From contig CM119268.1 of NCBI GenBank assembly GCA_051294375.1, positions 18,368,005-18,432,004 on the forward strand: DNA of 64,000 nt, given 5' to 3'. The notes beneath the pieces were generated by a model. It worked only from the letters and a program-made list of their open reading frames with translations. It was not told the origin of the DNA and searched no databases. Source of the DNA: Paraspadella gotoi. Its lineage: Eukaryota > Animalia > Chaetognatha. Below are positions 19,343-33,296 of the stretch, piece by piece. The position numbers and the translations under genes are program-made. The stretch's first letter is position 1. Every line of letters starts with the position of its first letter.

Positions 19343-21562
19343 AGATTAACTTTACACTAGACATGTATGACGACAATGCTCAACAGAATCGAGCTTCAAA
19401 CAAGTTTGAACAAACAACGTCGGATCTGCCTATGATAATTAAGCGGTATAAAGTATAAAGTATAAAGTATAAAGCTAATCCAATGTTATATCACGATAAT
19501 TCTTTCTTTCAATTTGTGATCTAAACAGATCATAACAAATCAAGACATAAAAAATCATGACAAATCTATAAATCAATTGATCAATCAATCATTACCAGAT
19601 CAACGCATCAATGCATGAACCATTTTAATTACCATTTAACGGTAGACATTTTGTGAAATCCTTTCTTTTGTTGTGTTTGGATTAAGAAAAAGTTTGAAAT
19701 CGATTCTACAACAATTTATTTTTGAGACAGTAAACATTAAGGCAGGCTAAAATTGCACACTTTTTATAACTTTTAGTTCTCTCAAGATTTTTTTCCCTAA
19801 GTTGTAGTTCATTCAAATAGCGATGTCGCCGGCNNNNNNNNNNNNNNNNNNNNNNNNNTCTCGATGTATTAGCTCTAATACTCAAAGATTACGCATGTTA
19901 TGCTGAATGACCTTTCCTCTTTAACGTCATTACAAGTACAGTTAAAATGCTGTTTAATATTAATATTTTTATAATGGAGTATACAGTGCTGAACAAAACA
20001 TTATAAATGACAAATATTTTGACCTAGGGGTGGGACCCTATATCCATAGAAAATTTTAACGTCTTGCCCTGTCTGAATGATTTGAGATACAATAATAAAT
20101 GAGTGGTAAAAGTGTTTTTGGCTTTTTACTTTCATATACAATGAAAAAAATTTAAGCAACTACAAGGCGTCGTGGATGTTTTCAAAACATTGATCGTTTT
20201 TTTGTGCGCGCATTGTTATTGCACACGATAAAAGCATACTTGTTAATATTTTTCACTAGTCTGTTTCTGAACATGACAGTGTTATGTCTTATCTTCAATT
20301 CACTTCATTTTAAGATTTTAATCACTATCCAAGTTATACCTATTTAATATTTATTTTTAGTTCAGGTATATAAGTAAAACAAAATTTTACGAAGATTATA
20401 ATGAATATGCTTAAATTGTCGAATACTTTGTATTTCTTACCTTTTTGACGATTTTATTATGTATTAAGAAATCTTACATGATAATTAATTATCTGACAAA
20501 TCGTTAATAATTTTTTTGATAAAAGTTAGTTTTATTAAAAATAAACCATAATAGTAACTTATACAAATCTTACCTGCTTACTTTAATTTTTTTTAACCAA
20601 AACACCATGTACACCTTACTATACCACATTATTATACTCAAATAAGTGCTTCCAAAAATATTTTTAACTTTTATATATTAGAATGAGATTCAACAGTAAG
20701 TATTCAAACATTTTCTTCCAAACCGCGCATCCGTCTGTCCGTCTGGCCACCCTTAGCAAAAATCCAATTCCTCGTGATTGGATGGTTGAACCCACACTCC
20801 CACAGATGATACACATCACCCAACCAAAGAACATGAGAGATTGCAAAGAAAGTAATTATTATTATGTGCTAGTGACAGAACCGTTCAATATAAGCAGCCC
20901 TGAGCTTCGGATCAGGCTGTAACACCATCCCTCTTAACTGCTAAGCGACCACCGGGCCAGAACCCAGACCTTTGGGTTGGGAGGCGAAAGACTTGCTTCC
21001 AGCACCAATGACCGCTGATGAACGGTTGGTGGATTTTAGTCCACCATAAGATTAACTTTACACTAGACATGTATGACGACAATGCTCAACAGAATCGAGC
21101 TTCAAACAAGTTTGAACAAACAACGTCGGATCTGCCTATGATAATTAAGCGGTATAAAGTATAAAGTATAAAGTATAAAGCTAATCCAATGTTATATCAC
21201 GATAATTCTTTCTTTCAATTGTGATCTAAACAGATCATAACAAATCAAGACATAAAAAATCATGACAAATCTATAAATCAATTGATCAATCAATCATTAC
21301 CAGATCAACGCATCAATGCATGAACCATTTTTAATTACCATTTAACGGTAGACATTTTGTGAAATCCTTTCTTTTGTTGTGTTTGGATTAAGAAAAAGTT
21401 TGAAATCGATTCTACAACAATTTATTTTTGAGACAGTAAACATTAAGGCAGGCTAAAATTGCACACTTTTTATAACTTTTAGTTCTCTCAAGATTTTTTT
21501 CCTAAGTTGTAGTTCATTCAAATAGCGATGTCGCCGGCGATTCACGCAAGAGTCGCAGGTGT

Positions 21563-22625
21563 GGTTCTAGTTGGTTGGCGACTTAGCCATGACGCCCTCG
21601 CCATTTGGCGATTTAGCTGTAAACTACATCTAGCGTTCTAGTTATGGCGATTTCGCTAACTAAACTCAGATTAGGGTTAGGGTTAGGGTTGAGTTGGTTA
21701 GGGTTAGGGTTGAGTAGGTAGTAGTTAGGGTTAGGGTTGAGTAGTTTAGGGTTAGGGTTGAGTAATTTAGGTTAGGTTGAGTTAAGTTAAGTTTATTTTA
21801 GGCTTATTATTAATGTCAATTTTAGGGATAGGGTAGGGAGGGTGTTGTTGATGACCAAGAGGCCCGCGTTAGGGTTAGGGTTGAGGCACGGAGATGTACG
21901 GGAGGCCTGGGCCCGGTTAGGGTTAGGGTTGGGAGAGAGGCCCGTGGGTTATATATCGAAGGCAATAAGGGTTAGGGTTGAGGTACGGAGATGTACGGGA
22001 GGCCTGGGCCCGGTTTAGGGTTAGGGTGGGAGAGAGGCCTGTGGGTTATATATCGAAGGCAATTAGGGTTAGGGTTGAGGTACGGAGATGTACGGGAGGC
22101 CGGGCCTGGTTTAGGGTTAGGGGAGAGGCATGGAGTTGAACGGGAGGCTTGGTTTAGGGTTAGGGTTGCGGGAGGGACCCATGGTTGATGCATCGAAGGC
22201 GGTTAGGGTTAGGGTTGAGGCACGGAGATGTACGGGAGGCTGGGCCTGGGTGAGGGTTAGGGGAGAGGCATGGAGTTGAACGGAGGCTTAGTTTAGGGTT
22301 AGGGTTGGGGGAGGGGGCCCGTGGTTGATGCATCGAAGGCGGTTAGGGTTAGGGTTGAGGCACGGAGATGTACAGGAGGCTGAGCCTGGGTTAGGGTTAG
22401 GGGAGAGGCACAGAGTTGAACGGAAGGCTTGGTTTAGGGTTAGGGTTGGGGGAGGGGCCCGTGGTTGATGCATCAAGGCGGTTAGGGTGTGCTCATCCCG
22501 TGTTAGCTGCGCTTTTCATTATATTCGCTACTTTTATCACTGGCGAGGTCGCCAGTGGGGGACTGGCGAACATCGCCAAAGCCCTGGCGATATCGCCATG
22601 GCGAAGTCGCCAACCAACTAGAACC
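21563..22625. mobile_element. MITE-like element with about 30-bp TIRs enclosing a TTAGGG-rich minisatellite
   Basis: ggttctagttggttggcgactt.gccatg / catggcgaagtcgccaaccaactagaacc; internal units of about 85-140 bp punctuated by GGGTTAGGGTTAGGG. Confidence 0.7.
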
Positions 22626-23278
22626 TTCTACTACTAAATCGATTTTCAATGCAACTTTTTGAATTAGTTCATTGGGTTGTTGCACTGAAGCTTTTAAATA
22701 TTTTTTAATATATAACAAAATACATTTTTTTATAATATTATTTATTCCTAAAAAGTTTGAAAAGTTAAATAAAAGTTATCATCATCATCATTGGCTGAAT
22801 TTTATAGTTTTTTTAAGTTTTTATCAATAAAATATAAAAAATTTAAAAAGTTATAATAATAACCTATATTTAACTTTTAAAGCTCTATCAGAATATAATA
22901 AAAAATATATTTATTAAAATAATTTTTAAATGCTTCCTTGCGCTTATCTATAAGATAAATTTAAAAATTATTGTAATTTTGATGAAACTTCTAGTTTTTA
23001 ACCTGTTCCGGCCTAGTGTTTCGTTTTTGAAGTCAAGTTAAGGTTTACAAGTCGTAAAGACCCAAATATTTTTTCAAAAGAGCCCAGGGACCCTGCAATA
23101 TGCAGCATTATCTTAATTTTAGTAATTTTTTTATATAAAATAATTAGATTTGTCATACTATTAAATAGTAGTAATGAAAATGAATGATAACAATTGATGA
23201 CAGTGAAAAGGAAGAAGTATTTTAAAATTTACCAATTCTAACTAAGGCGATAACAAATTTTCTCAAATAAAAGTTTAC

Positions 23279-23531
23279 CTAAAAGACACGACATAACATT
23301 TTTCCGCTTGCAATAATTTTTGCATCATGAGAGGTATTCGCTTCATTATGTCTTCAATGGTGTAATTATTAGTAAAAAAATTAGAATGGAGCAGATATAG
23401 GTCTTTTGTCAAATAAGCAGAAGTTGCTTTTTTGATTTGGCTGTTTTCAATGCTAAGGTTGATCGCTGTCTGAGTTAAACCAAGAAGTTCCTGTGCCAGG
23501 CATTTATCTAATTCTCTGAAATCAGGAAAAT
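23279..23531 (-). CDS. Exon of GAF-PDE-like gene (end of one GAF, start of the next)
   Basis: Acceptor TTTTTTTCCAG, donor AG|GTAAA. FRELDKCLAQELLGLTQTAINLSIENSQI...IMKRIPLMMQKLLQAEKCYV matches the GAF terminal helix (AIENA) and the next GAF start (LL.AE+C). Confidence 0.65.
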
Positions 23532-23627
23532 CTGGAAAAAAAATTGTGAATAGTACTAACTTCATAAATGATTGATCGAAACGTTCGAATTAACAAAAGC
23601 TAGGATGACAGGGTGGATAACAAATTT

Positions 23628-23998
23628 AACAAGTTTGAGCAAACAATGTCGGATCTGCCTACGATCATTATCGGTAATTAATTAATTAATAATGAATTAA
23701 TTCAAGTTAATTAATTAATTAGGCAATTAATTCATTAATTAATTAATTTGAATTATGATGATAACAATTGACATAATTAATTAATAGATAAATAAATTGA
23801 TTGAATAATTAATTAATGAATTGATTGAATAATTAATTAATAGATTGATTGAATAATTAATTGATTGATTAATTATTTAATTATTTAATTTAATATTACA
23901 CTTCCCTACCAACACACAAAATTTCATTCCAATCCATCCATCCAATCACGAGTAATTGGTGTTTTTTGCAAAGGTAGGACCGACGGATTGACAGAAGA

Positions 23999-24040
<42 letters not shown>

Positions 24041-24195
24041 GGATGGACGGACATCATTTTTTTTGCATACTTTATCACAATTTGATGTTCTGACATGATA
24101 TAAGTGTATGCTCAATAAGATTGAGGGGGCGGACCGACGGACCAACAAAGTGAATTATAGAGCCAGAATCTGCCGTAAGCAGACCCGACTAAAAA
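23628..24195 (+). mobile_element. DINE-1/HINE-like (Helentron-associated) non-autonomous element; related copies or fragments near 19399, 34562-34740, 38545-39595, 44889-45233
   Basis: Conserved start aacaagtttgagcaaacaatgtcggatctgcc, TTAA-rich tract, GACA/GACG microsatellite, 3' end resembling the hairpin gatctgc..gcagatc followed by cgactaaaa. Confidence 0.6.
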
Positions 24196-25126
24196 TGGTT
24201 CGGTTCCAGTTCTTTAATAGTTACTTGCATGCATGCAGTGATAATAACTCTACATTTTTACATACGCAAGGGTCACAATACCTAAATTTTACTATATTTC
24301 ACCAGATATCCAAAAAAACAAACTTTTTAAAAAATCATTACGCACAAAATGGCAAAGTAACATCTTGATTATGAAAAAAAAAGGATTCTTAAACACACAA
24401 ATAAAAAATATTTAACCCAACAAGGTCTTGATTTAATTAAAAATTGTAAAAGTCTAACCATGGAATGAGAAATATGTTTTTTTTGACTGCTGAAATTTTT
24501 TTTATTAACTTAGAGGGCAATAGGGGACAGTTTGAAGTGTAGTAGAACTTCAGAATTTGAGGCAATTTCCTAGGGAAAACCACTCTGGATGCATCAAGAA
24601 CTGTACAAATGCTTTGAACTTTTTTATACTCTATTTTTGATATATACAGTCAAAAAAGCGTATTGAATGAGGGAATGAGAAGTAAATGAACATTTAAAAA
24701 ATATATTTATATTTATATATTTTGATTTTTTTTGTTTTGTTGCGTTTGAACATAAAAATAATTGTATTTGCTATGACAACAACGGTATGTTTCATTTTTT
24801 ACCATTGTTGTCATTACAAATACAAATAATTTTGTGTTCTTAATTTATATATTAACCTTTAAAGCGAAGAAATTCAAATACACCAAGTAAATAATTTTCT
24901 TTCAAAAATGGAATGGATATGCTAGAAGTATTATCAGGTAATGATACATCGCCAACACCCTAAAAAAATTGATATAAAACCTGAGGTTTTAGATTTTCAT
25001 TTTCTAAAAAAATTATTTATTAATATATTATCATATAATATGTAATATATATATATTATTTACTATTATATCAGTGAAGTTAGTATAATTCTTATGGTTT
25101 TTTAAAAAAAGGTAAAAAAAACTTAC

Positions 25127-25227
25127 GTGGGGAAAGTTTTGATTTTTCCACCATTTATATTGTAAGATTGGTCTTTTTATACTAGCCACATAAGCTGGAA
25201 GTATTCCTCCCACTTTAATATTGATTG
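25127..25227 (-). CDS. Exon of GAF-PDE-like gene
   Basis: Acceptor TTTTTAG, donor GTAAGT. INIKVGGILPAYVASIKRPI resembles the GAF motif G+.G.VA...P+. Confidence 0.55.
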
Positions 25228-25354
25228 CTAAAAATAAGATATGATTAGACCCCTCAACTGTTTACTTTTTGAGAGTAGGACTTTACTAAACTTGTGTACA
25301 TCAAGAAGTAAATCTTTAAAAATGGGAAATTTTTATCAAAAGTTAAGAAAGCTT

Positions 25355-25510
25355 CGAAGATACAGTAATAAATGACAGAACTGTTCATTATAAGCAGTCC
25401 CTGAGCTTCGGATCAGGCTGTAACACCGTGTTACAGGCGGGTTAAGCACCTCGTCCCTCTTAACTGCTTGGCGACCACCGGGCTAAAACCCCGGACCTTT
25501 GGGTTGGGAG
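25355..25510 (-). mobile_element. Family A LTR fragment including the twister region
   Basis: Matches the 3' two-thirds of the family A LTR. Confidence 0.85.
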
Positions 25511-26572
25511 CTCTGGTTAAAACTCTACAGATAACGCCCTAATGCTAAAAATGGCTAAATTTTGTTTTAGTATGCTAAGTATTATGCCAAATTATCTTTT
25601 AGCTAATTTAATGCAAAACTGTTACAAGAGTATAGAGAAATGATTTTTATTAGAGCCTATGAAAAATTATTTAGACAGATAAAAACAAAAAAAGACGAAA
25701 AAAATGAGACTTTTTGTGAATTGCTTAAGCGATGAGCCATATAACAGTCAATTCCTGTAAAAGGTGTTTTGCAGCAGTAATTTTCAAACAGACCAACTAA
25801 CCAACTGACGCCATAGTATTTTGCTTTTTTTAAAGTTGCTTTAACATGCTATTACTAGTATTACAGAACTACACAAGCATCTCAGAGGAAAATCGGTATT
25901 AACCAAATACTTTGGCTTTATTGTATAAATGCTAGCAATCCGTCTCAAATAATTGTAAATAATTGTAAATTGTAATTAATAGTAATTAATTGCAAATAAT
26001 TGTAAATAATTGATAACCAAATATTGATGCTTGATATTGAGCTGAACTCATTTTTAGACGAATCTGAATAGGGTTCCACTTCTTTCCTTTCTATAAATAA
26101 ATATTAAAAAATAAATATTTGGGTATAGAGCCATATAATAATTTTTTTATAAAAATATTTTATATGGCTCTATACCTAAATATTTAAGTATATTTAAAAT
26201 GTATAAACTTTTGTTTGAGCATGTTCTCATTCAAAATTTTTGACTCACCCCATTGAGAAGAAAAAAAAAGAAGAAAAAAAAGAGAGAGAGAGAGAATCTT
26301 GACAGCCGCTGGACAGCTGCTGGACAGCCGCTGCAGAGGTTTTTACAGAAGCAGCAGCGATGGAGAAAAAGAGAGAGAGAGCGATATATAATTAACAGAG
26401 AAAGAGAGAAACCGAATACCCCCTTTACTCGTCAAGAAACAACAGTACTTATGGCGCCGGAAGTAGCACGAGCTTTACCTAACCCAATAACCCAAAGGAC
26501 TCGGGTTCGCGCCCTGCTGATTCACACAAGAAAAATGAAAAAAAGAAATAAATGAAACATTTTTTTTGTAAA

Positions 26573-26613
<41 letters not shown>

Positions 26614-27580
26614 TAGCCGGAACTCGTTTTTAGACATAACAGAAGAAGCAGTGACGGAGAAAAAGACAAAGAGAGAGAGTGACATATAATTAAAAGAGAG
26701 AGAGAGAGCGAAATATAATTAAAACATTTTTGTTTTGTAAATAAAACGAACAAATACGAATATTGATATTAGCGGTAACCGACCAAATTTAAATTTTAAT
26801 GGAAACAGCATTAAACGAATCCATTATTGGTATTAGTTATTGTGTGAAAAAATTTTTTTACAAAAATGTTTCAAACCATGAATGTGGCGAACGGTCACGT
26901 TCGCCAACGTCTCTACTTTCACTAGTTCGTTAGAATGATTAAAATGTTTTCCAGAACAAAAGCTTTATTTGTTCATTTATAAAAACAGACCTTAATAAAA
27001 TAATCAAAGCATATAGATATTCATAAAATACCTATATGCCGTAACAAGCAATGGCAATAACAAAATACTATCAATCAATAGTATCAATCAATAAACGTTA
27101 ACAAGTAATATAAACATTAATACTGTGATAATAAACATTGACAATGTGGAACCAAATCCATGATGAGAAAGAAAGGAAATAATTGAAGTTGTAAAATGGA
27201 AACCATAAAGTTACTACTAGTGTGATCTAGTAAGATATAAGTATTTATAATGTTCTTTTGTTTTAACATGATTATTCTAGAATGCTAGAATAATTAAACA
27301 CCTATGGAATATCCATTGGTAATTACTGAGGTGGTAAAAACCACTAAGTGACAGGTCATGGATAATTAGTCCTGGGATCGAATCTGGGAGATGACTATTT
27401 TATTATGAATCAATTAAACTGTTTATCAGTTGATACTTATGTAAATTCAAAGATAAGTTTAATTACATTGTTAGAGATAGTTGTTATTAACATTTTTTGT
27501 TAACTTTTTGAGCTCATCAGAATCAATTAAAAAAATTTAAAATATCAAAAAAAATTTTTTTAACATTATATAGGCAATAT

Positions 27581-28553
27581 TATGGTGGACTAAATTCCAC
27601 CAACCGTATCAACGGCCATTAGTGCCGGAGGCAAGTCATTCGCTTCCTAAGCCAAAGGTCCGGGGTAGTCGCCTAGCAGTTAAGAGGGACGGGCGCTTAA
27701 CCCGCCTGTAACACGGTGTTACCGCCTGATCAAAGCTAGGAACTGCTTATATTGAACGTTCTGTCACTAAACATAACACATTGGTTGTACCAATTTATAA
27801 AATTCAGCTCCTTGTATTTTGATGCTAGTGCGGAGTACAATATAGTATTTCCCGAACTAATACTTAAGGGAGTGGTCTTTTCATAGCAATATGAAACATT
27901 CTTTGAAAACATTATACCACTTCATTAATAGGGAAGCCAGGTACTCTGGGAGTGAATAAACGAGACTGTGAGAAAGTCTTGATTGAAAGCTTGCAGGGAC
28001 CTGCTATGTCATTATCTTGTAAGAGTGATGGAGGCCTTAAACCACCAAGCCTGTCCAAAGTCAGGGGCAAGATAAGCTTTATTTATTAATAATGGATAAT
28101 TTTTATATTGGTTGTACCAATTAACCCAAACAATTATTACTGTTCTTCATTGGTGAGCACACGACTTCCGAACACAAACAGCAACAACAAAAACACTTTC
28201 AGGTTGACATGCCTCATCCTGGCGATGCACTTTCGCGCCAACAACACAGGCGAACATGCCTCACTTGGTGACGAACTTTCACAACAACAATTCACTGAAG
28301 AGACGCAACAGACTTTCCCTACGGGACATAAAATCCACCAACCATTCATCAGTGGCCAATGGTGCCGGAGGCAAGTCATTCGCCTCCCAACCCAAAGGTC
28401 CAGGGTTCTAGCCTGGTGGTTGCCTAGCAGTTAAGAGGACGGGTCGCTTAACCCGCCTGTAACACAGTGTTACAGCCTGATCCGAAAGCTACGAACTGCT
28501 TATATTGAACGGTTCTGTCACTAACACATATCAAATATTACTGTCCTCTTTCA
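27581..28553 (+). mobile_element. Family A two-LTR element with an insert of about 350 bp in LTR1 (error-rich copy)
   Basis: LTR1 from 27581 resumes near 28130 and ends CTTCA at 28149; PBS TGGTGAGCAC; internal region; LTR2 about 28328-28553. A noisy duplicate starts near 29189. Confidence 0.75.
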
Positions 28554-31500
28554 AAAATATAATAATTTTAATACAATTATTCATGGTTTGAAACATTTTT
28601 TGTAAAAAAATTTTTCACACAATAACTAAATACCAATAATGGATTCGTTTAATGCTGTTTCCATTAAAATTTAAATTTGGTCGGTTAACCGAAATATCAA
28701 TATCTATTTTGTTTCAGTTACCGCTAATATTCGATCCACGGGTTTTTTCGCATTCAGGGCGAGGAACTGGGGCAATCTGCCATTAACGNNNNNNNNNNNN
28801 NNNNNNNNNNNNNAACTGTTTCAAAAATGGTTAGAATAAGCAGCTAGATAATTAATTTTTATATTTAATTTATCAGGATAGGAAATGTTCCAAATATTTT
28901 TATTTATTTTGTTTGGAATTTTAAAAGCAGATTCAGATTAGCTTAACAAAGTTGTAATTCTTTTTTTAATATTTTGTTGACAAGTGGTTGTCAAAATTAA
29001 AAAAAAACTGAATCCTTATCATCATCATCCGATAATTTTAATAGTTTATACCAATTTTCAATTAAAAAAATATCAAAATTTTTAAAAAGTTGTTATTACA
29101 TTTTTTGTTAACTTTATTGAGCTCTATCAGAATCAATTAAAAAAATTTAAAATATCAAAAAAAATTTTTTTAACATTATATAGCAATATTATGGTGCGAC
29201 TAAATTCCACCAACCGTATTCAACGGCCATTAGTGTCCGGAGGCAAGTCATTCGCTTCCTAAGCCCAAAGGTCCGAGGGTAGTCGCCTAGGCAGTTAAGA
29301 GGGACGGGCGCTTAACCCGCCTGTAACACGGTGTTACGCCTGATCAAAGCTCAGGGACTGCTTATATTGAACGCGTTCTATCACTAACAAATACACACTT
29401 GGTTGTACCAATTTATAAAATTCAGCTCCTTGTATTTTGATGCTAGTGCGGAGTACAATATAGTATTTCCCGAACTTGGCAAATAACTTAAGTGGAGAGA
29501 GTGGTGTGCGATGCATATGTAGAGTAAGAAAGTGGTACGTTCACCATACAAATGTAAACATCTGCTTGAACATGTGCCCTGATTTTCGCGATCTACTACC
29601 ACTTCATTAATTAGGGACAGCCATCCAGCCATATGCACAAAAATAAAGAAAAAAAAAGGAAAACCAAAATCTGGCACCATGAAATTGAGACAAACAGAAC
29701 TAAGAGGCGTGCTATGTAAAAAAACAAACTCGTCATGGCACCTCGCACTCCTCTAACCAGAGCGCAAGCCACGACTCAGCAACGTTGGACGCTATCGAGG
29801 AACGAACGCCCAACAGACGTCTATGTCATAAGAGTCAGCCTGTCGGACCTACCTATGATAAGTGATCATGGGTACTTCTGGAGAAGTGAATAAACCAAAG
29901 GAGAGGGACTGTGAGAAAGGAAAAAAGTCGGTGATGTTTGAAAGTTGCCAGGGACTCACTGCCTATGCGGTCATATCTATGTTTAGAGGATTGGGAGCCT
30001 TAAGAGTCGTATGGACGGCCTGTTAAACCACCAAAGCCTGTCCCGAAAGTCTAAGGGCTAAGAGCTAAGCTGGCTTATTTTAGGTGTAAGGATTGAGTTA
30101 ATGCGATAATTTTAAGATTAGGTCGCGAGTGGTGTCTTTTGTTCACCAACCAAAAGATTAGCCAAACAATCTCCCAGAGATTTGCACTGTCTCCTTCCAG
30201 TATAGAGCAAAATAATGGGAAGAAAAAACGATAATGTGCAGAGTCGAGCAACTGAGCAGAGGAACGAACACTTCACCGAAGGCACAACAGCAAACAACAA
30301 AAACAACTTTCAATTTGGAACACTGCTGGCCTATCATTACCTGTTGTGCGATGAGTGCCACTTTCCAGCCAGGACAAACGACATCAGAGGCGACATGCCT
30401 GACAAACTGTAAATGGAAGGGAGAGGAAGAGGAAAAAACTGTGTAAATTAGTATGATCAAGGTAAAAGACTTGATATACTAATAGAAGTAATAGACCAAC
30501 AAAATCACAAATGGTCACTGGAAGGAGAAAGAGCGCAAAACAAGCAGAAATAGTGAGAAAGGCTTCTCCACTAGCCGCGACCTCCAAAAATGATTACCCA
30601 CAGCCAAACCCAAAAAAAGTTCAAAAATAACGACCGAAAGTTGCGCCCCTAAGAAACTAAAGAAAATAAAAAAAAATTATATTGGTGCCGGAGGCCCAAG
30701 TCACATTCAAGACGGCCTCTATACACGCACCAAAAGACGCTTCCGTAAAGGGAAAGATTATAATCATAAGTGTGGTGCTACTGGTAGGAAAATGATTAGG
30801 TGGCCTAGCAGTTGAATAAGGAGGGGGATGGGAATACACGAGAACGGGTCGCTTAACCGCCTAGTAAGGGAATATAACAGCACAAGTGGTTATAAACAGG
30901 CACAAAGGACGTCGTTGCCTCAGAAATAAGCTCTAAGCGACGGCGGCTTATATTTGAACGGGTTCTGCTCCAAATGCTGCAACTGTAGCAACATATGCAT
31001 CAACATATTCCATCTTGCCTCTTCCAAACTGATAACATCTTGAATGAGTATTAATGTTACACCAGGTACACAAATATCGTCACTCAGTCTCTACTTCCAT
31101 GCGTTCCTCGCTAATTAACGCTATTTCTACTGCTCGCTAAACAACAACTTTTATGCACCCTGGACTATCCATTATATAATCGCTGTCGTTGGAACTGGGC
31201 GTGTGCTCTGCTGCTCTCTTCGCTCTCGCACCAAACGAGTCCCAATAATTATGGCATTCGTGGGTTATATGAAGACCATGACTTATCTCACTGAAATGGA
31301 TTTAAAGTCAAAATTGCGCTGCTGTGGATGGTATAGGACGTCGGGTAATACACAGCAGAGATAGATATCGCAGATTACAATTACAGTAATTTATTTATTT
31401 TCAACCCTTGTTTACGATTCGGTTAGGAAAACGTAATATATTCGGAGGGCTAGATGCGAGAAAATAACCGAGTTTCTTCGCGAATCAGATGCTGCAGGAA

Positions 31501-32906
31501 CATAAAGAGAGAGACCACATAACTTAGGACCTATTATTACCGTACTGGGCATTAATCAGGTAGGCAATCTGCTTCCAACCATCCTCCAAGATTAACAACT
31601 GTAAATTAAATCTGGATATCTTTGAAATCTAGTTATCCAATATAGTATCTAACTAGTAATGAAGGATTTACAGTTTAATTTGGTAGAATATTACATTATT
31701 ATTCAAAGATAGTACATCCAGCCAGGATTTTCCGGAATCCCAGACTGACAAATTATCCTGTAATAGACCTGATTATCTATCTTAGTTGGTTTTTACCACC
31801 TCTCAGTATTAATCAATGTGATATTCCATATACATTTAATTATTCTAGCATTCTAGAATAATCATGTTAAAACAAAAGAAACATTATAAATACTTATATC
31901 CTTACTAGAACACACTAGTAGTAACTTTATGGTTTTCCATTTTACAACTTCAATTATTTCCTTTCTTCGCATACAATACATATTATCCAACATATCCCTA
32001 CCATGAATATTATTTAAAATATGTAGGCATTAAAACGAGTCATGAAACATAGTAAACATTTAACGTCAGATTATGGACTGAACCCAGAACGACCAAACCT
32101 ACCCACCATAACCTTACGAGAATCAATGATTTGAAACTTGTCCCCACACTCGAACCCAGCTAAAAAAGTCTGAATAACTTTATGCTAATTATCTAACATT
32201 TTAATAAACTTTAAACAATAAATATATGTAAAAATTCCATTGCTCAAGCCTTCAATTTTTCGGCCCAAAAATAAGCGATTGACTTATATTACTTGGGAGC
32301 TGTTGGAGGAGTTCCTTTCCGATCAAGTTGTTTTCTTAGGGTGTTAGTACCAGTTTTAAGGTTCTTTAAAGAAAACCAAAAAGTAACCTAGTTAGATATG
32401 AGTCTTGAAATTTATATTTAAGCCATAAAGAGCCCTCAAAAATTCTAAAAAGTTATGAAGAAGATAATGTATTAATTTTCATTTTTGAAAATTTTGGTCC
32501 ATTGAAAGTTTTCTCAGAATTATATGAAATTTCATTTGGGAAGGTTCCCAAATCAAACTTCGGACCCACCTTATTGACAAAGTTTGGCCCTATTGATATG
32601 AAACATGACAATTTCAAAGATCTTGATGATTAGAAGCCATATCAAAATTTTTAATTCCCTATGATATCACACTTTCAATAGCCATGATGGTAAAAAAGCG
32701 TGATGCCGACAACGACGACGACGACACAAAAATGCCTTGCCTTTGCTTTCTCTCGTCAAGACGAGATAACAATTAAATAGTAAAGAAGGGAGATATATCA
32801 TATTTGTGAATGTTAATAACTGTCAATGTCAATAAAATATATATAAGGAAAAAAACACAACAAAATAGTTATGAGGACGAAATAATTTTTTAATGTCATA
32901 ACTTAC

Positions 32907-33084
32907 CGCGGTGAATATTAGTAACCAGTCTTTTTTCATTAGGTGCTATTGTACATAATCTTGATCCAAATATTTTATGCATGCATCTGTATAACTTGTT
33001 TCTATGAGGATGCCTCAAATAAGTATTAACTTTTTCGGCATCCTGAAGTTCCATTAAAGATCGACCGCAACCTTTTTGTAACAA
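32907..33084 (-). CDS. Probable exon of GAF-PDE-like gene (start of first GAF)
   Basis: LMELQDAEKVNTYLRHPHRNKLY resembles a GAF start; donor G|GTAAGT at 32907; acceptor uncertain. Confidence 0.45.
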
Positions 33085-33214
33085 TTCTTTTTTAGTCGGA
33101 TCTGTTTATCGCAGATTACAACTCTACAGTGTGTCCCAATGGTACTGTCTGTTGAGAAAAGCTTACTGCTCCTATACCAGATCGAAAAACTTTAATTCAT
33201 TATAATGAATATGC

Positions 33215-33296
33215 GACCTTTGGGTTGGGAGGCGAATGACTTGCCTCCGGCACCAATGGCCGCTGATGAACGGTTGGTGGATTTTAGTCCACCATA
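33215..33296 (-). mobile_element. Family A LTR 5' fragment
   Basis: Matches the first ~80 bp of the LTR (TATGGTGGACTAAAATCCACC...). Confidence 0.85.

Larger units (their letters stand above)
17947..21540 (+). repeat. Near-identical direct duplication (17947-19833 vs 19921-21540) across an N-gap, likely two haplotypes or a gap overlap
   Basis: Copies differ mainly by 1-nt indels and by presence/absence of the 18224-18476 element. Confidence 0.85.

Noticed and set aside
20664-20922. ORFs 20664-20846 and 20683-20922 as host exons
   Set aside because: They overlap the DINE-like repeat core (ccatccaatcacgag..ttttgctaagg) and a family A LTR.
21669-22490. True telomere or chromosome fusion site
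   Set aside because: Repeats are degenerate, in one orientation only, and enclosed by TIRs inside an intron.
29400-31720. GC-richer stretch with several short ORFs
   Set aside because: It is an insertion-riddled version of about 27780-28790, typical of unpolished long-read sequence.
26760-31970. Inverted duplications (26760-26885 vs 28570-28730; about 27170-27400 vs 31740-31970)
   Set aside because: They sit beside gaps and noisy sequence and cannot be told apart from assembly artefacts.
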